The position numbers and the translations under genes were made by a program. Under the pieces are notes generated by a model. The model was not told the origin of the DNA, searched no databases, and saw only the letters and a program-made list of their open reading frames with translations. This document shows positions 38,251-50,737 of a stretch of DNA of 64,000 nucleotides, piece after piece. The stretch is taken from the NCBI RefSeq assembly GCF_036971445.1, contig NC_091474.1:50282001-50346000 (forward strand), in the 5' to 3' direction. Each line of letters opens with the position of its first letter. The first letter of the stretch is position 1. This DNA comes from Narcine bancroftii. Its lineage: Eukaryota.

Positions 38251-38415
38251 ATTAATAAAAGAATACACAAAGCACAAAATCAACCAACGCATTGGACAAG
38301 AGAGTCATCTCGCAGAAGAGTAAGGGGTTGGAGAAACACGTGGGCAGCAACAGGCTGCCTCAACAGACTGGAGCGGCCGACTCAGCCCTGTGCCCTACAA
38401 GCCCAAACTATTTGT

Positions 38416-39482
38416 GCAGTCTCTTCAATCTGAGGCACCTGCAAGCTCACATCAAGACACAAGAGCAACTTGTCCGTGAACTACTCTTTGCAGACGCCGC
38501 CGCTTTAGTTGCCCATTCAGAGCCAGTTCTTCAGCGCTTGATGTCCTGTTTTGCGGAAACTGCCAAAATGTTTGGCCTGGAAGTCAGCCTGAAGAAAACT
38601 GAGGTCCTCCATCAGCCAGCTCCCCACCATGACTACCACATCTCCATCAGGCACACAAAACTCAAAACGGTCAACCAGTTTACCTATCTCGGCTGCACCA
38701 TTTCATCGGATGCAAGGATCGACAATGAGATAGACAACAGGCTCGCCAAGACAAATAGTGCCTTTTGAAGACTACACAAAAGAGTCTGGAAAAACAACCA
38801 ACTGAAAAACCTCACAAAGATTAGCGTACACAGAGCCGTTGTCATACCCACACTCCTGTTCGGCTCCGAATCATGGGTCCTTTACCGGCATCACCTACGG
38901 CTCCTAGAATGCTTCCACCAGCGTTGTCTCCGCTCCATTCTCAACATTCATTGGAGCGACTTCATCCCTAACATCGAAGTACTCGAGATGGCAGAGGCCG
39001 ACAGCATCAAATCCACGCTGCTGAAGATCCACTGCGCTGGGTAGGTCACGTCTCCAGAATGGAGGACCATTGCCTTCCCAAGATCGTGTTATATGGCGAG
39101 CTCTCCACTGGCCACCGTGACAGAGGTGCACCAAAGAAAAGGTACAAGGACTGCCTAAAGAAATCTCTTGGTGCCTGCCACATTGACCACTGCCAGTGGG
39201 CTGATATCGCCTCAAACCGTGCATCTTGGCGCCTCACAGTTTGGCGGTCAGCAACCTCCTTTGAAGAAGACTGCAGAGCCCACCTCACTGACAAAAGGCA
39301 AAGGAGGAAAAACCCAACACCCAACCCCAACCAACCAATTTTCCCCTGCAACCGCTGCAACCGTGTCTGCCTGTCCCGCATCGGACTTGTCAGCTACAAT
39401 CGAGCCTGCAGCTGACGTGGACATTTACCCCCTCCATAAATCTTCGTCTGCGAAGCCAAGCCAAAGAAGAAGAAAGAAAGAA
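38416..39482 (+). mobile_element. RTE-clade LINE, 5'-truncated, with a stop and a frameshift
   Basis: Homologous to the other RTE copies; TGA at 38766; (AAG/AAAG)n tail. Confidence 0.95.
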
Positions 39483-42159
39483 CAGCTCCCTAGACAATTA
39501 TGACAAAAGCAAGGCCAAGACTTTTATCTGAGGTTAAGGGAATCAATGTAAATTCGAAGCTTATCATCATTTCTTAAAGCTGTGGCATTTATAATGAGCA
39601 GCAGTAAAAAAAAAATGAGAATACTCTTGGAGACTGGTGCATCATTAGGGTAAAACAAGACACTTTAAACTAAACACAACTTAGATGTTAAACTCAAAAT
39701 ATTATATAAAATTACTTAAATTACAAGCTAAACTATATTTATTATACATAAAACATTCAGTTGCAATTATATTTAAAACAACAAAAAATTTGTGCCACCA
39801 ATACTTCGACTAGAAATGAGCACTATAGGGTTGAAAGATCGCAGCAGCCCTCGGTAGCTCGAGTAAGGAATCTCTCCATTCACATTCTCTGGTGCCTGGG
39901 TTTATAGTATAGGCACCTCTGTGCCCCACAGGCACCCACATTGCCAATAACCCCCACAACACGGTCCTTCAGGAGCGCCCAACCAGTGTAGAGTAGTCCC
40001 AGCCCTGAAAACAGTCCATAACCTCAGTGAGGCATCCCCCTGAGCACGTCTGCTAACTTCATCCAGTGACAAACCCTGGGCTCCACCTCAGTCGACGCAG
40101 CTCCTTGTCGGTTGCCCCAATCCCATGCTGGGCCGCTACGGTCTCCACACTGGTCACTTAGGCCACATCACTGTGCTCCAAGCCTCCATACCAATACACC
40201 CACCTCAGCCATCAGGACCACTGCAATGGACACTCCTCAGATGGAGCCAGAGTCATCGCCAATGAATTTTTTAGGCCTTAGAAGATCACTAATCTGCCAG
40301 TTTCAGTGCCTCAGACATTGTGCGCGGCTACATACTTAAGGTAATATGCACCAAAGTCCAGAGAACTGCGTCGAGCTGCAGTCATGACGCCGCCATCTTA
40401 CCTTGGGTATAAGCAGTTCCATATATTGACGCTGTATTTGATGTTTTAAATAGAATGGTTTCAAACAAAGCAGCTGGTGAGATTTGGTACTTTTTTAACA
40501 ATAATGTTTCAAAGTGACAAGATTAAAAATGTCATCATAGGTAAATTTTGCATGAAACCTTTTGGGGTATTTTACATCAGTGAAACAGAGCTAGGGAGAA
40601 TAAAAAACCCTACCAAAATAAGCAGACACATTTCCTTAAGGATGCTCACACAATTGGAAATGTACAGAATTATTGCAAAATGAGTTTGACCAATTTTCAA
40701 GAGCAGAATGTTTTTTCATTATATGAACAAATTCCTAGCCTGATTTTAACTAAATGGATACTATATGGTAGCCCTTTGGCCTACCCCTGTGCCAGAAACA
40801 ATGCCATTTAAATGAATTCCATCTTCATGCACCTGTTCTATCCCTCCATTGCCTACCTATCCATGTGGCTGTACAAATTCCTCTTAATGGTTGCTATTGC
40901 ATCTTCTAGGGTGAATCTGGGAGAGTGTGTTCAGCTTTCCTCCCCGGGGTCCTATTGCCTAACAGTCCTGTGCAGGTTTAAACTGCCTTTTGAATGGAAC
41001 CTGCAATGATTTGTTTTTACATCAAAGATCTCAGGAATCTGAGCTCGAGATGTGTTCATGCTCAACAACTCAGACCACAAGGGAACTGGGGTGATTTCAG
41101 GTAATGCACAAATCAAAAACGGTGTAAAGAATTATTAATTCTCTAAATGATCAATTATGACCGAGAAATACTGCCTGAAAGGTCAGATGCAATGATGCTA
41201 TTCAAAATAAAGATTGAGTGGGAAAAGAATTGCAGGGCTAGTTAAAATGGAAAGACTGGAGTACGCCACATGATCCAAGATGTCAACTCTGCCATTCAAT
41301 AATATCATGGCTGAACTGACTGTGCTTTCATGATCCAGGTCCTGTTTCTCAATACCCTTGAGTTTCCCTTTGACAAAAAAAGTCTTACCCATCTTGAAAG
41401 AGAAAGGGAATGGAATAGATTAAATTAATCCCTCAGACATAAAGCAAACATATGGGAGGGACATTGATAGTTTCTTCCTGTAGTATATAGAATTCATTGT
41501 TCATCTACATGCTCATTTCTTGGTTCAGGAGACTTCTCTCAACTCTCACAAGATTCTTTCAATTTCTGTGGAAGTTTCCCAAACTGGATCTCTATTTTAT
41601 CATTTTTAATTGGCCTGGATCTTTTCACCTTCTCAATTGTTCTATTCTGCTTATTCAACCTTATTCCACTACGAACATGCAAAAATTTTGTAATCTCTGG
41701 GTCTCCGTCCCACATGCCAATTAATATAACATCCCTACTGAACCTAAGACTCTCTGGCCTTTGACCAATGAAAATGAAGGAGCATCTGGAATGGTATTGA
41801 GAGTTGGGTTTTTTTGCCAGGCCAGATCTATCACTGCACATTTCTTTGGATATATATCCACACACATACAAGTACCTGATATGTTCTGTAACATGTTCTG
41901 TAAAAATCACAATGATTTTTGCAAATTTATTTCTGTAAATTAAACAAATAGTTAATTCCAGAAGTCAATTATTTGAATGTGGCATTGCACATCCAATGAA
42001 TTGAAGCCATGATATTCAATAGTAGAAAAGCACAAGATGAATACATTCTATAAAATCCTCTTTCCCTGTAACTTTTAACTCATAGATGACCAAATTTACA
42101 CGTTTTGTGACACATTTTCTCTCCAATCCAATGTTGAACTGAATTTAATCATACATAGA

Positions 42160-42895
42160 ATCAAGGTTCAAGATTCCTTTTATTGTCACATAATACATGA
42201 TTACTTCAGTTTTTGCCTGCTGTCAGGCAAACAAAGAGTGGCCATGAGGAATGCCCAGCGCCCCTGAAAATAAGAGAAAGAGAAGCAAAAGAGAGTTCCT
42301 TCAGTGACTGAGTTCCATGGACACCTCCAATATGATCGGGAAGCCTTCAAAGCCTGAGGCCGCTCAGGAGCCTTTCTTGCCCTCGGCACCCTCTCGAATC
42401 CCGGTTCCGTTACCTGGTTCCCATGAGCCAGTCTCCAGCAACCCTCAGCCTGTGTGGTACTTCGACTGCAAGTTGCCAGCAGGCCATAGCCTGTGTGAAT
42501 ATTTCAGCCGCTGAGCCCCTGGCTGGTCCGTTGCCGTCGACACCTTCCCTGTAGGGTTATCTCCCAGGCTTCTTCTCAATTGGGGTGGGTGGGAGTTCTC
42601 TCCATTTCTGGTGCCTTGCACTGGTTTGCTGTTCCCCTGAAGTCTGCAACCCCTTCTTGTACGCTATCCTGTGGTTGCAGGATTTTTTTAAAAATACCAT
42701 CGGTTCCTTGAATAGGTGCTTAAAGCTAATATGGAGCCATCGGAATTTAGATAGGGTGGAAGGGCCCTGTTGGGCAGTGCTGTTTCCTCATTTCCCACTC
42801 TCTCGGGTCCACTCCAGCAGCACTGCCAATTTTTTAAAGCCTAGTGTTAATCTCAGCCACCCAATGAAAATAAGGCAGACTCACTGTGCCCACTT
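42160..42895 (-). mobile_element. Unclassified repeat family X
   Basis: Conserved block AGAGAAAGAGAAGCAAAAGAGAGT and tail TCAAGGTTCAAGATTCCTTTTATTGTCA are shared with the other copies. Confidence 0.65.
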
Positions 42896-43959
42896 TTAAA
42901 AGATCTAAAAATATGCTTTGCATTTTAAATGTGCTGAATGTTTTTACTGTGCACGTGTTGTGTGGAATACAAGCTTCCACCTCATTAGACCCATAGAGAA
43001 ACAACAGAGACCAATGTTTTCCCAAATCCAAAGAACAAACCCTTTTATTTACAATTAGCAAACTATTTATAGTATTTACAATGCCCTTGGTCCTGAAGGA
43101 ACTCTCGTGAGCTATCTATCACACGTGACTGGATTAGTTGATTGTGGCTCAAGTCCCGAGAACCAGTAACACCCACTCCTGCCAACGGTGGGGTCGTTCT
43201 GCCTAGGGTATCCTAGCACTTTGGTAACCATTGGAGTGATTATCAGAATATTTCTGTCTATTCTTTACCACAAGCCTGGTATGTTAACTGTGCTATTTGT
43301 ATTCAAGATAGCATGAAAGGAGATTATTGGAAGGCAATTTAATGAAGGCAAACCAAAACATACATTCAATCCCAGAAGATGAACATGCACCTTTTCCTTT
43401 TGGAGCCATACATGTCTAACACACCAACTCTGATCACACCACTGATACAAAAAATGGCACAGTCAGTTAATAATATCATATTCCCTCATCTTTATTATTC
43501 ATATCACTTTGAAAATTCACAAGAGCAAAGTTTTGGAAAGGCATACATTCTGGCTCACTCATTGCCAGCATCGTTTCATGAAGGGCAGGTTTTCAAAATG
43601 TGACTTTAATTGACAATTATTTGACAATAATTTTGTCTTGAAGCAGCAAAAATTCCTCAGATACATCAGTTGATTAACTTGGTGGATGAGGACCACACGG
43701 AAGCCTTCATTAAAATGAATGAACCAATCGATTTAAGAATTAAAGACCTCAGGTCTCCACACAAGTGACAGCCTATTGAATCCAAGATAAATGCTCCTGG
43801 AATAGTGCAATTTTTATTTCATACTATTTTTCTAATATTCTTCTGATGTTACCAGATGATTAATTAACTCCCTGAATTAACAGTGCCCATTAACTGTGAT
43901 AAACATTAGCAATATACCATCTGTTTACATGTACTAAAAACAGACATTTCAATTATTTT

Positions 43960-44460
43960 CAAAGCCTCCATTTATCTCAAATATAGATCACATTATATTT
44001 TCTAAATCATTGCCACAGTAATCTCAGACTTAACTATATTATCTAGAAGGCTTCCCTATGTTCCAAACCTGAATTTATATTCTTTTCCATTTTTATTTTC
44101 ATCTCTCTTCTTGTCCTGTTTACCTTCTTTCTCAATTAATTCTATTCCCACTGTTCTCTGGCCACCTATCTGACACCCCTATCATCTCTCCCAGATATCA
44201 TCCATCAAAACTGCCACATTTATCTCATCTAAAATAAATAATATAAATAATTACCACCAAATCATGAATCCTTTGCTGTTAACCTCACAAATTCCCCTCT
44301 ACCTTTTTCCATCGATCCTTATTTGAAATCCTCCAAAGGTTTCTGTGCCTAGCACAATACTGAAATTCCTCTTCTTTAAGCTATTATGTGATTACGTTCA
44401 TTTCATTGTCAAGCTACCCACAGCCTTTGACATTACAGACCAGAGTCCTCGAATACCTCT
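43960..44460 (-). mobile_element. Possible L1 endonuclease N-terminal fragment
   Basis: Minus strand gives CNVKGCG (WNVKG-like) and decayed downstream APE motifs. Confidence 0.4.
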
Positions 44461-44529
44461 TTGCCATTGTTCATCTTAAAATCCTACTCTTATTTATCCA
44501 GTCAGGACATTTTGTGCACTTCCAAGATG

Positions 44530-45425
44530 TAATATTATACAAAATTTAATTTAGTCTGCTGTAAGTCAGACTTGCCATCAGCAGAAATCGCCCGGTGCCC
44601 TTTATGGTCAGAGAAAGAGAAGCAAAAGAGAGTCCCTACAGTTACGAGTATACTCTCCAGAGTAGTTAAATTTTTAAAAATACAACTATCTAATAGAGGT
44701 GGAGGAGTGGGTTGGCTTGAAGATCTTCCAGTCATTACTAAATTCCAAAGATGAACAGGAGATGATGGAAATTAATCAAAACAGCATCAATGTTCCTGAA
44801 AAATATCTAGAGGTCCTGTCGCCTCTACAGCCAAACCATCGGCAACCCAAGTTCCAGATCCTAACCTCTGACATGATCAGGAAGCCTTCAGTCTCTGAGG
44901 CCTCTTGGGAGCCCCTCATACCCTTGGCACTCTCTTGCATCCCAGTTCTGATATCTGGTACTCCTTCAGCCAGTTTCAAGCCAGTCTCCAATAATCTGCA
45001 GACTGGTGTGAGTTTTTTGATTACTCCGCCAGAACTCCTCAGCCTGTATGTGTTGCTTGCCTCAAGTCATCAACAATCCACTGCCTGTGTGTTCTTCAAC
45101 CAGAGAGACCCTCACTAGTCCACTGCAGTGGTCACCGTCCCATAGAGTTGTCTCCTGCTTCTCACACTGGGGCATTCTCCCCGTTTTCTGGAGCCCTGTG
45201 CCAGCCCTCTGTTTCCCCAGAGTCTGCAAGTCCTCGAGGCCACTGCCATCTTAGGCCCCAACCTTGTGTTCATAGGATTTTTTAAAAACACTGTCAGCTC
45301 CTTTAACAGGTCATTCAAAGCATGTATAGGACTACTGTAGTAAGACCGGGCAGCAGAATCCTTCAGAGGAGTATTATATCTCCACTTCCTGCTCTCCCAG
45401 GTCTGCACCATTGCAGTGCCAGTAT
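44530..45425 (-). mobile_element. Unclassified repeat family X
   Basis: Same AGAGAAAGAGAAGCAAAAGAGAGT block and internal blocks as 42160-42895. Confidence 0.65.
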
Positions 45426-46049
45426 TCCACTCTTATGGTCTTCTGGGATAATACAAAATTCAGGTGTTTAGGAGGCTTCTACACTAGACACAGCACGCAA
45501 TGTCTAGTAGCAGAAGACACTAGACTGCAATCATTCCCCACAAAGCCTTACCGTTGGCTACAACAAGCTTCAGTGCATCACTCCCAAGTACTTCTGCAGC
45601 CAAGAATATGCCACTTGGTAGCATTCCCTTGCAAACATTTCATTGTATTGGAAGAGGAACAAATTTTCTGGATCCCCAGATGAACTGAAAGATGGTTTGG
45701 TTGACAGGCAGGACAAAGGAGTGGGAAATAAGCCACATCTATTTCAAATATATCAGCACTGAGAGCCCCTTACATCTGACAACCAAGTTTATACCATTGC
45801 TCCCATTGTCCCAATTTTTGGTTAACCTTGCCTGTCTGCTCCAGCTCATCTTTGTTACATTCCTCTGTCCTCTGAACTAGATTCCCAGTGCCTTCAGGTA
45901 GTCGGACCTGATGGCAAAAGGCAAAGTGGACCAAACAAGACAGTTGCTGAAACTCTGGTCCTTGATGTCAATTCAAATTGGTTTTGATGCTGATCAATCT
46001 GAGGATGTGAGCAGAAGACAGCCATATCATCCTTGCACAGAGAAGCTTT

Positions 46050-47495
46050 GATCTGGGTTCAAAATTCACATTTATTGTCAGACATGACATTGCATCCTGA
46101 AAAGCTTTTTCCTGCAGGCCAGGCAGAATTTTTACTTATTAGTGACTGTAAACTGTACTCAAGAAAATGTGGACAAAAGAGAGAAATATAAACAAAGAAG
46201 GTAATGTAAACAAACTGACTACACAATACAGAAAAAAATATTCAGTAATAAATAAGGTGCAAAGAATCCTAAATGAGTTTGTTGTTTAGGAGTCTGATCG
46301 TGGAGGAGTACCAACTGTTCCTTAACCTGGAGTTATGGCACCTATACATCTTTCCTGATGGAACAGTGAGAATAGAGCACATCCTGGGTGGCGTGGATCC
46401 CTGATGATTGTGGCTGCTCTCTGACAGCAGCATTCCATTGTCGAGTGTGGAGGAAATGTGACACCCACTTGCAATGTGTGCATTGAGGGTGGTCACGAGT
46501 CCCCTCCCTGTCTCAAATGTATTCGGAAGTCAAATCACCTGTTGGGCTCCAGCCACTAATTAGTGCACATTGCCATTCGTTAATTCAAATCATACAGCAT
46601 CACTATTGGCTAGAGCCCTGTATTTAGCACCAGGCAGAGCATATTGATGTCTTTCTGCCTCATGATGATAGGCCCAGACACCACTCCAAGCCATGGTGGC
46701 TACGGAGGATGTCACTTGGAAGGGTCATGGATAAGATGTGCACTGCTCTGAAGCTGATCTGTAGTATCGCTATAGTTTTAACTGCTATAGATCGATACTT
46801 GCAGACAGACTGCACCTCCCATCGATAAGGGGTCCGAGAGTGTGTGTATGCCCCTGCAGGTACTGTTTGTACCAGAACCGCATCCCAATGATCAGGGATC
46901 CGGGAGGGTGTGTATTACCCCTGCTATAGTGTGCTGAATGTCGGCACCATCTGTGCGCATTATAAATTATTTACTGTGTAGCATTTTTCCATGCTCCATT
47001 ATATTGTGCACGTGTTTTATTCCTGTAATGTTTCCCTCGCTCTCCTATTAATGGTGTGATAATAAAAGCTAAATGTGACTGCAAACCCTTGTGTCCAGAC
47101 TCTCTCTGTGAACCCACCAAATCTGATATCTTTCTCAACACCCATGATGTAGATGTTCCCAATGGTGGGGAGAGTTTTGCCTGTGATGTACTGGACTGTG
47201 TCCACTACATTTCGCAAGGCTTTCCCCTCAGAAGTATTGGTGCACCAATACCAGGCTGTAATGTTGCCACACAGTAAACTTTCTACTATACATCTGTAGC
47301 AGTTCATCAATGTTTCCGATGTAACATCGAACCTCCATAAACACCCGAGGAAGAAGAAGCTCTGACATACTTTCTTCATGACAGCATTAGTATATTGGGT
47401 CCAAGAAAGGTTCTCAAGATAGTGACTCCCAGGAATTTAAATTTGCTCACCCTCTCCACTTCTCATCCCCAAATAATCACTGGATCATACACCTC
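46050..47495 (-). mobile_element. Rex1/Babar-type LINE 3' portion interrupted by a solo LTR
   Basis: FKFLGVTI, CYRCIVESLLCGNITAWY and PSGKMYR..RLRNSWY motifs; tail TGACAATAAATGTGAATTTTGAAC. Confidence 0.85.
46439..47140 (+). mobile_element. Solo LTR (702 bp)
   Basis: TGTCGAG...CTCAACA termini, flanks TCCAT and CCCAT, AATAAA at ~47061; interrupts the Rex coding sequence. Confidence 0.8.
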
Positions 47496-47903
47496 ATATG
47501 GGAACATAGCAAGAAGAAATTCTGTGTGCCTCTGCACATTTTTCAGTCAGAACAATGTAGAAAAATAAAGCCTTGAAACAGACGTCATTGAGGCACATAC
47601 TTTTCATGTCTGTATGTGCAGGACAAGTGACACTCACATCTCCAGCTGCCTTTTAATGCACTTCACCGGCTCAACCTTTCTGAACTGCTGTCATGCAGCT
47701 CAAAACATACAGTACAAGCAGCCAAAACAAATGAACTGTGACAACTGTCGTATAATAAATATTAATTTTTAATAACACACTTTACCTTTATCCCTGAAGA
47801 CTTCATTTTCCAGGACAAAGGTAAAATATTATTTTACCATTATCCAAGAAGATGAAGTCAGCCCTCTCAATCAATCAAAGAATCAAAGGGTCACTTTGCT
47901 GGA

Positions 47904-49108
47904 GGAATACACAGGGCCCTGCTCAATAATGGATGTTACGTATATAGAAGGTATTCATTTCTCCACATCAGGAACACACAGGGCCCTGCTCAATAATGGA
48001 TGCTACGTATATAGAAGGTATTCATTTCTCCACATCAGGAATACACAGGGCCCTGCTCAATAATGGATGCTACGTATATAGAAGGTATTCATTTCTCCAC
48101 ATCAGGAATACACAGGGCCCTGCTCAATAATGGATGCTACGTATATAGAAGGTATTCATTTCTCCACATCAGGAATACACAGGGCCATGTTCAATAATGG
48201 ATGCTACGTATATAGAAGGTATTCATTTCTCCACATCAGAAATACACAGGGCCATGCTCAATAATGGATGCTACATATATAGAAGGTATTCATTTCTCCA
48301 CATCAGGAATTCACAGGGCCATGTTCAATAATGGATGCTACATATATACAAGGTATTCATTTCTCCACATCAGGAATACACAGGACCATCCTCAATAATG
48401 GATGCTACGTATATAGAAGGTATCCATTTCTCCACATCAGGAATTCACAGGGCCATCCTCAATTATGGATGCTACGCATATAGAAGATATTCATTTCTTC
48501 ATATCAGGAATACACTGGGCCATGCTCAATAATGGATGTTACGTATATAGAAGGTATTAATTTCTCCACATCAGGAATACACAGGGCCCTGCTCAATAAT
48601 GGATGCTACGTATATAGAAGGTATTCATTTCTCCACATCAGGAATACACAGGGCCATGTTCAATAATGGATGCTACGTATATAGAAGGTATTCATTTCTC
48701 CACATCAGAAATACACAGGGCCATGCTCAATAATGGATGCTACATATATAGAAGGTATTCATTTCTCCACATCAGGAATTCACAGGGCCATGTTCAATAA
48801 TGGATGCTACGTATATAGAAGGTATTCATTTCTCCACATCAGGAATACACAGGACCATCCTCAATAATGGATGCTACGTATATAGAAGGTATCCATTTCT
48901 CCACATCAGGAATTCACAGGGCCATCCTCAATTATGGATGCTACGCATATAGAAGATATTCATTTCTTCATATCAGGAATACACTGGGCCATGCTCAATA
49001 ATGGATGTTACGTATATAGAAGGTATTAATTTCTCCACATCAGGAATACACAGGGCCATGCTCAATAATGGATGTTACATATATAGAAGGTATTCATTTC
49101 TCCACATC
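47904..49108. repeat. 67-bp minisatellite, 18 units
   Basis: Unit GGAATACACAGGGCC(C/A)TGCTCAATAATGGATGCTACGTATATAGAAGGTATTCATTTCTCCACATCA, repeated head to tail with an exact 67-bp period and no spacers. Confidence 0.98.
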
Positions 49109-49605
49109 TGATTTAATAGTCTTCTTCTGGGCACTCTTCCATAGAACACCAATAACTCACCTTCATCTTGCACTTTTTGTTAGTAATTACTGCACAGGCT
49201 CAGGAGATTTAACACATTTTTGCTCTCCCAGAACCCTCACACAGAATCAACGTTCTACAGATAAGTTAACCAGAGTTGGTGCCTGATAAAAGATCAGCAT
49301 TGACATCAAAGATCGACCAATCATATCAATTTATTAAACTCAAGGGAGCATTCCCTTCATAAAAGGCATACAGTAGAGAAAGGTTGTCACTTATACTGTG
49401 AAGGGTAAGAAGGCTAGATTAAAAAAACTCATTTTGGACGTGAGACTCCTGGTACTAGTGGGCTGCAGCTAGGCTAGAGAGAGGGAAAAGAAAGCTCCTT
49501 AGAGGGAGAATTCACAATTCTGTTCCTCTCTATTCATCAAAGGACTAAGGGAGGGGAGAATATATGCTGTGGATGTTTGTCAAAATGCACTGTACAATCA
49601 GTAGT

Positions 49606-50720
49606 CTTTGGCTTGGCTTGCGGACGAAGATTTATGGAGGGGGTAAAAAGTCCACGTCAGCTGCAGGCTCGTTTGTGGCTGACCAGTCCGATGCGGGACA
49701 GGCAGACACGATTGCAGCGGTTGCAAGGGAAAATTGGTTGGTTGGGGTTGGGTGTTGGGTTTTTCCTCCTTTGCCTTTTGTCAGTGAGGTGGGCTCTGCG
49801 GTCTTCTTCAAAGGAGGCTGCTGCCCGCCAAACTGTGAGGCGCCAAGATGCACGGTTTGAGGCGTTATCAGCCCACTGGCGGTGGTCAATGTGGCAGGCA
49901 CCAAGAGATTTCTTTAGGCAGTCGTTGTACCTTTTCTTTGGTGCACCTCTGTCACGGTGGCCAGTGGAGAGCTCGCCATATAATACGATCTTGGGAAGGC
50001 GATGGTCCTCCATTCTGGAGACGTGACCCATCCAGCGCAGCTGGATCTTCAGCAGCGTGGACTCGATGCTGTCGACCTCTGCCATCTCGAGTACCTCGAC
50101 GTTAGGGGTGTGAGCACTCCAATGGATGTTGAGGATGGAGCGGAGACAACGCTGGTGGAAGCGTTCTAGGAGCCGTAGGTGGTGCCGGTAGAGGACCCAT
50201 GATTCGGAGCCGAACAGGAGTGTGGGTATGACAACGGCTCTGTATACGCTTATCTTTGTGAGGTTTTTCAGTTGGTTGTTTTTCCAGACTCTTTTGTGTA
50301 GTCTTCCAAAGGCGCTATTTGCCTTGGCGAGTCTGTTGTCTATCTCATTGTCGATCCTTGCATCTGATGAAATGGTGCAGCCGAGATAGGTAAACTGGTT
50401 GACCGTTTTGAGTTTTGTGTGCCCGATGGAGATGTGGGGGGGCTGGTAGTCATGGTGGGGAGCTGGCTGATGGAGGACCTCAGTTTTCTTCAGGCTGACT
50501 TCCAGGCCAAACATTTTGGCAGTTTCCGCAAAGCAGGACGTCAAGCGCTGAAGAGCTGGCTCTGAATGGGCAACTAAAGCGGCATCATCTGCAAAGAGTA
50601 GTTCACGGACAAGTTTCTCTTGTGTCTTGGTGTGAGCTTGCAGGCGCCTCAGATTGAAGAGACTGCCATCCGTGCGGTACCGGATGTAAACAGCGTCTTC
50701 ATTGTTGGGGTCTTTCATGT
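49606..50720 (-). mobile_element. RTE-clade LINE, 5'-truncated, young
   Basis: Open frame to ...HKRACS*. 11-bp TSD CAATCAGTAGT (49595-49605, 50721-50731). Confidence 0.97.
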
Positions 50721-50737
50721 CAATCAGTAGTATTGTC

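Noticed and set aside
43391-43441. Minus-strand 51-nt segment encoding GVIRVGVLDMYGS, resembling myosin switch II (IGVLDIYGFE)
   Set aside because: The invariant FE is missing, the donor (GTGCAT) is weak, and no other myosin exons were seen.
47904-49108. CRISPR array
   Set aside because: Units are directly adjacent with no unique spacers, there are no cas genes, and the context is eukaryotic.
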